Of a DNA stretch of 64,000 nt, positions 1-10,944 are shown in pieces. How positions within the stretch are numbered: position 1 is the stretch's first letter; every line of letters begins with the position of its first letter. The stretch lies in NCBI GenBank assembly GCA_043228905.1, contig JBHGNT010000002.1:6510001-6574000 (forward strand), in the 5' to 3' direction. Made by a program: the position numbers and the translations under genes. The stretch comes from Azolla caroliniana. Lineage: Eukaryota; Plantae; Polypodiophyta. The notes under the pieces were generated by a model. The model was not told the origin of the DNA, made no database searches, and saw nothing but the letters and a program-made list of their open reading frames with translations.

Positions 1-1154
1 GCTGGCGGCGTACCATGATAGTCCTTGGGCTGGACACCGTGGAATGTGGGCCACATTCGAAAAGTTAAAAGGGAAGTACTAGTGGCCGGGACTATACCGG
101 GACGTGCATCGGTTCGTGGCGACTTGCGAAAGCTGCCAGGTGCACTCCATGATCCGACACAGGGACGAGCTTCAACCGACCTACCCTCCGACCGTCCACT
201 TCAAATGGATGGTGGATTTGCTGACGATGCCAATGGGGGTAGGACAAATGCGCTATCTGGTGCTGGCTCGGGAGGATCTAACAAACCAGGTTGAAGGCTG
301 AGCCCTGCAGAACAAGACGACTGCAGCTGTATGCCGGTTTTTGATTGAGGACGTGGTATGCCGATATGGGTGCGTAGGGAAGATCGTGGCTGACCGTGGT
401 GAGTTGGACGCAGAAGAGGCTGAAGAGCTGTTCGACCGGCTAGGAGTCAAACTTTCGCTCACCACAACGTATAATCCGGAGGCGAACGGGAAGGTGGAGT
501 GCGGACACGGGCCAATTGTCAAAGCACTAGTACGGGCGTGCGGAAGCCAAGTCGGGAACTGGCCAGGGCCGCTACCTTATTTATGCCTTGTGGGCGGACC
601 GGACTACGCACAGTTCGGTAACCGGGTTCATGCCGGCCGAGCTTATGTTCGGACAGAAGCCGATCATGCCAACAGAGCGAACGATCTCCTCGTGGGCCAC
701 GGTGGACTGGAGGGATGAGATGAGCTAGGAGGAATTGTTGGCGGCGCGGATTCGATAGCTCGAACGAAGGCCGGAGGACGTAGAGCGAGCCGTGGAGAAA
801 CTTCGGGTAGCAAGGATAAGGAACAAAGCCCGGTTCGACCGAACACACCAGCTCCGGGCAAGGAAGATCGAGGAAGGCGACTGGGTGCTAGTCTACGACA
901 ATAGTCTCGACAATCAGCACAGGGCCACGCGGAAGTTTGCGAGGAGGTGGTTCGGGCCTTACGTAGTAACAAGCGCCAACGGCAATGGGACGTACCATCT
1001 CGCGGAGCTCGACGGTACGAGAATGGCGATACCGGTAGCGGGGAAGAGGATCAAAGCGTTCAAGAAAAGACACGACGGTGAGCTAGAGCTAGGGGGCATG
1101 GACAGCAACGACGAGCAGCCCGAGGCGGAGGATGAATCGGTAAACGAGGAATAA
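1..1154 (+). pseudogene. Gypsy integrase (rve and GPY/F region) with stops and frameshifts
   Basis: ORF fragments 104-301, 341-718 and 792-1154 carry consecutive integrase motifs. Confidence 0.9.
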
Positions 1155-1230
1155 AAGCAAGGATCGGTTTTCTCCCGTAGGAACCCAATTTTGGCGCATA
1201 CCGGTGGATGCGCGGTTAGGTGGGGGCGGA

Positions 1231-1958
1231 TGTCGTGAAGAAAACCGTCCCCAAGCGTAAACCGTGTATAGTGTGTGTGAACCGGCCCTTACACGTGGGC
1301 ACGCCCCTTGTTGTATAGTAGATAGGTAGGCACAAAGGTCAAATCCTAGGTAGCAATATTCTATAGGGGAAAATCGAGGAGTATCTCTGTCCGAAAGGAC
1401 AGAGAATTAATGTGATGTAAATGGATGAAACGGCCTCCCTCCTTGAGCTATAAAAGAGAGGGAGACGGGGGGGGGGAGAGTGGGGGTATCGCGCGCTAGA
1501 GGGGACGAAGTGCTGTCGGACTGGGACCGAGCTCTTCTCTGTCGTTCTCCATAGCTTCCTTTTGCGCAGATTCTCAGGAGGTTGATCCTGCTCCGTGGAA
1601 CGCCCGTGTGCTTCCGACAGATTCTCCATCTTGCTCTTCTGTGTACGTGGGTGATCAGGTGCCGACATCCATCTCGTTGACCTGATCGGCTGTAACCGTT
1701 CGAGTCGTCTGCATACATACAAATACATACACATATTTATATACATACGCTAGTGTTCTCAACTCGTGTCTCTTGTGTTGTTGGGCCGCGTCCCCGTGCG
1801 CTTCTTTGTCTATACGTGTGTGAGCGTCCCTCTCTCTCCCTCTCTCTCCCTCCCTCCCTCCCTCTCTCTCTCTCTCTCTCTCTCTTCTCACCTATTCCTC
1901 GGTCCAAGACCCCAGTGGTCCCGCCTTGTTCTCCACGCACGCGCGTAATAACGCGACA
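1231..1958 (+). repeat. 3' LTR of element A
   Basis: TG...CA ends with TGTCG/CGACA inverted termini; CTATAAAAG TATA near 1448; homologous to the LTRs at 17850-18631 and 55604-58271. Confidence 0.88.
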
Positions 1959-4900
1959 ACGTTAAGTTCCCGTCACAATGTTCAACTTCTAGAGAAGTAT
2001 CGTCATTATGTCGATGTGTTCAATAAAGTACAAACCAATACGCTTCCTCACCATCGACCGTATGATTGCCCCATCGATTTACAACCGGGAAAAGGGTCAC
2101 CATGGGGACCAATCTACAATTTGTCACCAACTGAGCTAGAAGTCTTTCGAGCCTATATAGAGGAGAATTTGGCAAATGGTTTCATTCGACATTCGAAATC
2201 TCCAGCCAGCGTACCCATTTTCTTCGTCAAGAAAAAGGATGGATCACTTCGTCTCGTCATAGATTACCGTGGCTTGCATAAGGTCACCATCAGGAATAGG
2301 TATGCACTTCCCCTTATCTCAAGTCTTTTAGAACGAATCAATGGTGCAAGGTTTGTCACAGAGATCGACTTACGAGGAGCATATAACCTCATACGGATCC
2401 GACCAGGGGATGAATGGAAGACTGTGTTTCGCACGAGATATGTGCACTTTGAGTATACAGTCATGCCATTCGCCCTCACTAATGCACAAACAGTCTTCCA
2501 ACACATGGAAAATGATATATTCTGAGATCTCTTGGATGTTTGTTTGATCATCTATTTGGATGATCTACTGGTTTATTCGAAGACCCAAGAAGAGCATGAT
2601 TCTCATGTAATGTTAGTACTAAAACGACTTGAGAACATGGTCTTTATGCAAAGCTGGAAAAATGTAGTTTTGAGTGCAACCAGGTAGAATTTCTGGGCTA
2701 TGTCATTTCCTCGGAAGGCATCTCCATGGATCCAGCTAAGGTCAAAATGGTGGTAGAGTGGCAGACTCCGCATTCGTTGTGAGATGTGCAATGCTTTTTA
2801 GGCTTTGCCAATTTCTACCGCAAGTTTATACAGGATTACTCAAAGCTTGTTCTGCCCTCTCACACAGCTTACTAGGAAGGGACAATTGTTTGTTTGGTTT
2901 GAAGAAGTAGACATGTCTTTTGAGATTCTTAAGAAGGCATTTACATCAACTCCTATTCTGGCTCATGTTGATACGGAAAAACCATTCATCCTCAAAGCAG
3001 ACACGTCGGATTTCGCCTTGGGTAGCATTCTCTCACAACAAGGGGATGATGAAAAACTCCATCCTGTGGCTTTCCACTCAGGCAAGTTTGACGCCGCTGA
3101 AATCAACTATGAAATTCATGATAAGGAGCTATTAGCAATAGTGGACTCTTTTACGCGATGGTGGCATTTTCTAGAGGGATCTTCTCATCAAGTCATCGTA
3201 TTCAATGATCACAAAAACCTTGCCTACGTTCAGAATGCTCGTGTGTTAAATCGACGTCAAGCTCGGTGGGCCCAATTCCTCACTCATTTCGACTTCAAAA
3301 TTGCATATTGTTCGGGGAAGCAACAAGGGAAGGCAAATGCATTATCATGGCGCTTGTATCTAGCACCACGTCCTGGCAAGCCAAATTTTGATAGCCAAAA
3401 GCAAGTAATTCTGGGACCGAGACGATTGCAAGCAACACAGGTCTTTGGTATGCCCTTGGATTCCCACGTTATCGATACCATACATGAGGACTTGAAGATA
3501 GATGCTTTCACCCAAGCCATTCTAGCACAAATTGATCCCTCTCGAGCATCTTGTTCACAATCGCAACAACCAGGTACGAACTATCGATAATTCGAATGTC
3601 ATGATGGATTGTACTATTCTTTAAGAAACTCTTGTATGTTCCTAATGGTTCTTGACGCCTTCAAGTAGTCCAAAACTGTCATGACACATATATAGTTGGG
3701 TATTTTGGTAGTACTAAAACATTAAATTTAGTACAACGATCATTATGGTGGCCGCATATGCGACAATTTGTCGAAGATTTTGTTAGGACTTGTGATACAT
3801 GTTGCAGAGCAAAAATGCCAAGGCATCACCCATATGGTTTATTAGAACCATTACCAATTCCAAGCAAGTCATGGCAATCCATTGCTCTAGATTTCATCAC
3901 AGATCTTCCGGTCTCTAAGGGATTCGATGCGATCTTAACAGTAGTAGATCGATATACGAAGATGGCCCATTTCCTGCCATGTACTAAGGAAATCTCCAGT
4001 GAGGAAACCGCCGAAACTGTCATGCATGAAGTATGTTAGCATCATGGCCTTCTCAATAGTATCATTAGTGACCGTGGACCCCAGTTCGTCTCGAAATTCT
4101 GGAAGCACCTCTTTAAAATGCTCATGGTCACTTGTAACCTCTCCTTCGGCTACCACCCGCAAACAGACGGCCAAGCAGAATGAACAAATCAAACGTTGGG
4201 GCAGTATCTTCGGTGCTTTCTAAGCTATCATCAAGATGACTGGGCGGATATTCTCCACTTCGCCGAATTTGCGTATAATAACTCTGTCCACTCATTGACA
4301 AAGGTTACACCATTTTATGCTTATACGGGCTATCACCCCCGGTGGTGTGTATTTGAAACCCTAGAGTTACCCACAAATCCTTTCGTAGAGGATCGTTTGG
4401 AGCGGTTACACAAGATACAAGCAGATTTATCTACTCATCTACAACAACCTCAACAAACACACAAGGTTTACGCGGATCGTCATTGGATTCCATCTAGTTT
4501 TAACATTGGAGATCGGGTATGGCGACTACGACGACACATCAAGACTACTCGCCCATGCGAGAAGTTGGATTATCGGCAATAAGGTCATTTTCGTATTATT
4601 GGAAAAATTAATGATGTCGCTTTTCGTCTGGATCTACCTCAACAACTTCGGATACATGTAGTGTTTCATAGTTCTCTCCTCGAACCCTATCAAGATAGCA
4701 CCATCCTAGGTCGTATTAAACAACCTCCACCCCCGATCGAACTTGAAGATGGACCTGAGTACGAGGTTGCCGCCATCCGCGATTCCAAGATTTGTTTGCA
4801 ACAAGCTCTACTATTTAGTCGATTGGCTAGGATATAGTCCCAACGAGCGTACTTGGGAACCAATAGAGAATGTGACCAATGCTCATGCTCTTCTTGAAGA

Positions 4901-5282
4901 CTTCCATTGTCAATATGGAGACAAACCGGGTCCTCAATCCAAAACGACTCGTGACACTCGTCGTTTTAAAGGGGGGATAGTGTCATGATATGGCAAGACT
5001 CAAACCCATGACCTTATGTTACATGGGTTGAGCTCTTAACCATTAGACTATATGTTGTAATACGAAGGACATTATTTTCATTTAAGTTTTACTATAGAAA
5101 ATTGATGTATATTCTAGATTTCTCTAGAACATTCTAGAAACTGAGAACACTATAAAAGGAGGCACAAGGCATTATTTTGAACCAAATCGGTTCAATGCCA
5201 GTTTTAAGCCTCGTAGCTACTATTGTATATTCTCTTAACATAATATATATCTTTTGTTATCATCATTATCTCTCTCTTCCTT

Positions 5283-5325
<43 letters not shown>

Positions 5326-5445
5326 TTCCTTCTCTCGAGAGTTCTACACCTTCCTTAGTACTAATCCTCATCTTTTAGTACTAATTCCTTCTTTGTCTTA
5401 GTACCGTTCCAGACAATACTTCTCTGTCTTAGTACTGTTCCTGAT
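1959..5445 (+). mobile_element. Tcn1-like chromoviral Gypsy element B (RT-RNase H-INT-chromodomain, PPT, 3' LTR), degenerate
   Basis: RT (FFVKKKDGSLRLVIDYR, VMPFALTNA, IYLDDLL); RNase H (ADTSDFALG, DKELLAIV, NDHKNL); INT (IALDFITDL, EFAYNN); chromodomain (YYLVDWLGYSPNERTWEP); PPT AAAGGGGGGATAG at 4968-4980; LTR from 4981. Confidence 0.9.
4981..5445 (+). repeat. 3' LTR of element B (3' end at 5415 or 5445, ambiguous because of a local duplication)
   Basis: Starts TGTCATGA directly after the PPT; TATAAAAG near 5151; (CT)n tract; same layout as the LTRs at 30451 and 41307. Confidence 0.8.
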
Positions 5446-6602
5446 AGGTATTGGTTGGTGGTACGGACTATCGCGGCCCCACGCTTTGATAGCCCTCTTA
5501 AAAAATCCTCTTGGCCTTCGCCACCGACAGAGTTCCGATTCCGCTCGTGGTTCGGCCAAACCATCAGGAATTGAATGGAGTGCGACTGTCCTAGCTCTTT
5601 ACTCTCACATATGTTGAACCGTTGTCCAACACCTTTGTCTCCATCCGAGCGGCCGTGATTTATAAAGAAGTGTCGGTTGATCTCAACGTCTCCAACCTTT
5701 ACCTAGACACTCAGGCATTCCTTGTGAAGCTCCTCCATTGTGCAGGTCGCCGCACGTATCTTCCATCCATGCTTTGTATTGATCGGTCATTTACCTTTCT
5801 TGTAAAAGTCCATCAACATCAGATTTATCTCTAATCCGTGGTCGATCAATGCCACCACTTGTTCCTTCACATCACCGATCCGAACCGGTATCTCCATTGT
5901 TACCCTTGCCTAGTGAGGTTGCATGTAGTGGTTGTTTGCGTAGTCTTCTTCTACAACCACTTTGTCAATTAGCGTTGCCTTAACCTGGACCGGTTTCTCG
6001 CTTTCCGGCTCCGTCGGGAGCCGCCTTCTCTTCACCAGGTCGAGGATTGTATTGTGGAACCCCCTCTTTGCGATGCCCAATACTTATCGTAATGAAAGTT
6101 TCGGCCGATTGTCGAGGATTCACTCCTCTAAGCCCTTTCGTAGGTCTGTCGACTTTTCAATTTCCGAGCCTAGTCAGAAGCTCAGAAACTTTCCCTTGTC
6201 CTTCTGTCGTGGGTCGGTCGGACCGCCATAGCCCTTCTTCGGCCCGCTTCGGATATCGTACCCATTTCAGGGGCTTGCCCCTCTGCCCTTCCCGACACGC
6301 ATGTCTTCGACCAGAACTTCGTAGTTTTGGCATGCCGCTTCTACAAAGCTCTTCTATTCCTCTATCGGGTCGCTCCTCTATTCCTCTATCGGGCCTCTCC
6401 GCGCAATTGGATTCCTCCCTTTTTAACTTCTTCCCGGAGAAGCTTTGAAGTACCACCGACCAAGATCCGACATCTATTGCCGTCTTGGTGTTCTCCCCTA
6501 CAACCCGGATACCAACTGATGTCAAGTAGTGGATGGTTTCAACGTGTCGGCCCGTAGACTCCTCCATCAACCTCTTCATGCCGCCTCGTCAGTATTCATC
6601 TT

Positions 6603-7035
6603 TGTTAACTCTTAGGGCCGGACAATGGCCTAACACAGGGTGTCTACGGGAGACACTTCACCAAAGGGTGTTACGGCAACCAGATTAGACTTCAACGCTT
6701 AATCCGACTTAATCAAGTTACTTATTAGGATCGTCTTCATAACACGCGTAAGATATAACAATTAAGACAGAACGGCAATTGACACAGAGATATAACAACA
6801 CTTAAGCTTTCATTAATTAACCGCTAACTATTACATTGTATCCGGGCCTTTAAATAGGTTTCCGGTCTGTATTACAAAACGGTGCCATCCGCACCTGTTC
6901 GGGATCGGTCCGGATCCGGAACGACATACCGCTTCCGGTCCGTCCGTCCACACTCATAGCTTAATTACAACCACATTCCTACTACTTAATTAGCTCTCCA
7001 TTTCCCACTCTGGACTCCTTTGCCGGCCGGTAACA
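6603..7035 (-). repeat. 3' LTR of element D
   Basis: TGTTA...TAACA termini; near-identical to 16405-16837. Confidence 0.97.
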
Positions 7036-7099
7036 CATGGCACGCCCGTGGGACAGTACCTTGTACGTCGAATCCACAACCGACCCTTGCTATTCTTCG

Positions 7100-9742
7100 T
7101 CCAAAATGTCCATAATGCTCTGTTCGAGAGGCTCCAATGGTTCATCTGGAAGTGGTTGTTGTTGTTGTTGTTGTTGTTGCTCCTCTGTTGCTGTCTGCTA
7201 CGACGGGTCCGTTGGTGGTTGCTGCGGCTGCTCCTCCGTTTGTGGCTCTGACACCGGCGTCTCCGTCGTTGCTCCCTGTGTCATGGTGGTCTCCGGTTGA
7301 CTGGTTCCCGGCTGGCCCTCAGCCGACGACGGTTCCTCATCACTAAGGTTAACCGTTGTCGCTTCTCGTGCTTTTTGTTCCCGTACCCGGGACCGCTCGT
7401 AGCTTTCAAACAGGATTTGAGCGTCCAGCCTATCATCGTCTAGCTGACCTACGAGCTGCCTGACCTGCGCCAGTTGTTCATCTGCCAGGACTTGGAAGTC
7501 GTCGGCCAGCTCGTCCCGTATGGCGGTGAAGTCCTCGGAAGTCAATGTATAACAGTCATCTCCTTCCTTCCGCCGGTTTTCCACATCCGCCCGTAGCAAC
7601 TGGAGTTCCGCCGCGTTTTGTGCCCACTTTGTCCACCATTTTACGGAGCTTTCATCAATCAAGTGCTTCGTCTGATTCAGCCATGCCCGGAGGATGGACT
7701 GAATCCGGCTCGTTCCCAATTGCGATTTGGTTTCCGCCGCTTGCCGTTCCTCCTTCAGTTGTTTGATGATTTTTACGTTGTCCTCCACCCGCGCCTTGTA
7801 ATGCGTCAATTGCCTTTGATATGTACTTTGTAATTTCTGCAATACTGTTGACGCTCTCTCTTTGTCTTCCTGCTGCTGCTTCTGGAACTCCATCCGGACC
7901 TTCTCCGCCTCTTCCAAGCATCTTGTATTTTCCGCCCGTTCGTCGGCGATCGCCGTCCCGGCCCGATCAACTGCCTGCTAGAGCTCGGCCATCTGTTCTT
8001 TATGCTCCGTTTCCAGCCGATTGTAGTCCCGGTGCAGGTGCTCAAAATCATCCGTCTTTTGCTTGAGCCGTGCGTTGATCTGACGACGGGCCCGGTCCTC
8101 GCGGTCCTTCTGCTGGCGGAGCTCTTCTTTTAGCCGTTCAATCTCTGTTTCCGCCGTTTTCTGCAGCTTGTCCTTTTCCTACAGCACTTTGTCTTTCTCC
8201 TCCTTTAGCCGGTCGTACGCTTGATGGCCTTTCCGGAGGCTCTCCTTTGCCCGGCGGAGGTTCTCAGCAGTCTTCTTTAATTCGGCTTCGGCTGCCGTCT
8301 TCAATTCTCGTTCCCGGCTCCTTAGCGCTTCTTGTGCAGCAAGTTCCTCTCTCACTTCCGCAAGCTCCTGAGCTTGCGCCGCATCTCTCGCCGGAACGGT
8401 TTCCGTTGCCGGGGTCTTATTGCTATGTACAGGTCGTTCCGTTTCATTATTCTGTACACTTACCGGAGTCACCGGTGATTGGATCCGTATTTTGGCCATC
8501 TCTGTCGTGACCTGATCCAAATCTTTTTCAAGGCACCGAATTCTGGACCGGGCCGTCTCTAGTTGTTCAGTTGTGACGAGCAACCGTTCGCTTTGCGCTC
8601 TTTCTTCCGCCTCTATATACCCCACTGCTCCGGCTATCTGTTCGCCTATCCACCGGAGCCACAGGCTACCGGTGCCTTGCTGTGCTTGCACGGAGGTTTG
8701 ATAGATGGGCTCACTTGTAGAGGGGTGGTCCCTCCTGGTTGCGCCGAGTTGCAGTTCCGTTTCTGCCCGTGGACCATCCTGCTGTCCTGGTTCCCCTTGC
8801 GCTTCTTCTTGGCTGACTGAGGGAGGCTGCAATGACCTTTCCGGCTCTGGCGGAATGGGACTTGCCGGTGTTGCCGGTGGTGCCGGGGCTTCTGTTTCGG
8901 GTGCCATCTGCACCGGTTCCGATTCCTTCCTTGGCGTGGGAGTCTCAGTGTGGGGAGCCGGTGTTCCCTCCGTCTGAGGGTCCGAACGTTTCCCGGCTGT
9001 CTCAACGGTCCTTGCCGAGGACCGTCGCTGGAGGTGCTCCGTAGGCTCCTCCTCTATTTCCTCCTCCTGAACTCCGGCATTGAGTTTTGCCGCCAAGGGG
9101 TCCACTTCTCGATTCACCGGTCGGCGGAGTGTGACCTTTACGGGCCGTGCCGGTGGTTCCTCCTGTGCCTCCGTTGGGTGCTTCCGGCTTCCGCTTCCTG
9201 CTGCCGCCTGTTCTGCATCCACCGCCTTTCCCTTACTGGCCTTAGAGGCCAACAGCTGTTGCCGTTTGGAAGCCGTCCTTGGGGTGCCGTCCGGCACTCT
9301 TCCTCGCTTCTTGGGCTGGACGGTCTGAACGGGTGGCACCAGCAAGGTGAGCCACTGCGTTGTTGGTAGACAGGTCCCTCCGGATGGGAAGGGAGAAGAA
9401 CAGTGCTGACGAACAAACTCGGCCGAGGCCGACAGACTGAGGCCGAAACGGTATGAACCGGATGGGGAGAACCCGACTTCGGAGAGTCGGATGGTGTAGG
9501 CCCGGTATGAACCGGATGAGGAGTACCCGACTGCGGAGAGTCGGATGGTGTAGGCCCGGTATGAACCGGATGAGGAGAACCCGACTTCGGAGAGTCGGAT
9601 AAGAGCCCATCGAGGCTACATTTGTAAATAGCCGAAGAGTCATATTAGTATAAATATGACTTAGGGCAAACTTTTAGTAGTTGTCGCGTAAGTAGTTGTT
9701 GTCATTCTTGTTGGTGCAAGAAGAAATCAGAGCGCGTAACTG

Positions 9743-9781
<39 letters not shown>

Positions 9782-10571
9782 GAGGTCGTTGCCTCTGTTG
9801 TAACCGCCGCCTGTGGAGAAGATCTGAGAACACGAGGTCGTTGCCTCAGTGATCTCATTGTTGTATATTTCTGCATAGTGACAGTTTGCAGCTTGTGGGC
9901 TGCCGTGGTTTTTTCCCCTACTTTGGGGTTTTCCACGTATACCTCCTGTGTACCATTTCTCCTCTTTTGTGTTGTGTTTTCATTACCTGTTTTTCTGTGT
10001 ATGAAAAGAAGCTCGGTTGTGGCCAAGCGTCGGACATAAGGAACTTCGAGTTTCCCAACATGCGTTACGGCGTGCCATATCCTCCGTCCGTCTCGGCCTT
10101 CTTTGTCGTCTTTGCCTCTGACGATCTCGATCGCCGTACACAACCTGTCTGCGATCAATACTGACCAATCCACCTTGATCCCTTCATAGGTGGCGATGAT
10201 CATCCCTGCCCGGTTCTGCGGCATGATAGGGGATCTAGGGTACACGTGGCCGTATTCATGGAGCACATGAGCAATTTCGTGGAACAACATATCTCCGCCG
10301 CCCTGTGTCCGGTAGCCCTTGCTGGCTAGAGAGTACTCACCAAAATACCTGATGAGTTGCTCCGGGGTTGGATTGTCGATCGTGAGTATGCCTCCCTCCG
10401 GAAGGCCTGTTAATGCTCGAATCGCCTCTGCCGTTATGACCTTTGTATCGATTTCCTTGATCACTTTGTCGGCTTCTTTGTGTGGTGGTACTTCCATCAT
10501 CATCAGGAAGCCCTCGAGCCCGTGTTGCTTCAGCCATGTCTTGGTGGCTTCCGACAGCTTTGCGGGTCCAT
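7100..10571 (-). pseudogene. 3' extra ORF of element D (~900 aa: globular N-terminus, Pro/Glu-rich linker, long coiled coil), interrupted by a solo LTR
   Basis: ORF pieces 9727-10503 (5' part), 8179-9345 and 7198-7917 are collinear; removing 9361-10065 rejoins ...IWHAV-TQWLTLLVPP... in frame. Confidence 0.8.
9361..10060 (+). mobile_element. Solo LTR (700 bp) containing three 54-bp tandem repeats
   Basis: TGTTGG...CCAACA; TSD TGCGT (9356-9360, 10061-10065); TATAAATA near 9649; (GA)n tract; related to 19096-19673 and 37376-37992. Confidence 0.95.
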
Positions 10572-10944
10572 TTCTGTGTCGGGGTCAGACTGCGGTGACG
10601 AGGATGGATGGTGATGAGAGCGGGGTTGAGAAAGAGAGAGTTCAAAAGGCGGTGGTTCTCTGTGCGTAGGTTCTCGTCTGATGATCTTGCAGCGTTTCGG
10701 TGCTTCTGTGCTCCTGGGTTCGCGAAAGTAGAGGGTCTCTACACGCAATGGTTTTTATCTGTGCATTCTGGCGCCTTTTTCGAGTTTGTGCATGTCGCGT
10801 ACTTAAAATAGCATTATGTCCTGTGGTGGCGCTTTAAATGCCCACTACGCACCTTTTCGCTCCACGCTCTTTCATCCATTCATTCCTCGCTTTTGCATGA
10901 TTGCTTTTTTTTTTTTTTCAGTTATTTTTATTATTAATGTGACG

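Larger units (their letters stand above)
1..1958 (+). mobile_element. Non-chromoviral Ty3/Gypsy element A, 3' part (integrase, PPT, 3' LTR), inserted into element B
   Basis: Integrase remnants (VDLL...REDL, IVADRGE, YNPEANGKVE, RRWFGPY); G-rich PPT at 1219-1230; LTR TGTCGTG...CGCGACA at 1231-1958; followed by ACGT and then the RT of a different element. Confidence 0.9.

Noticed and set aside
1926-1962. N-terminus of the 199-aa RT ORF
   Set aside because: Chance read-through from LTR A into the RT of element B, not a real start.
4990-5058. A genuine tRNA gene
   Set aside because: Acceptor and anticodon stems cannot be formed convincingly; kept only as a tRNA-like promoter module.
7037-7346. 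Poly-Cys/Leu/Val ORFs on the plus strand
   Set aside because: Antisense frames of a (CAA)n poly-Gln tract in the extra ORF of element D.
9242-9643. ORF with 18-aa repeats
   Set aside because: Antisense reading of the 54-bp repeats inside a solo LTR.
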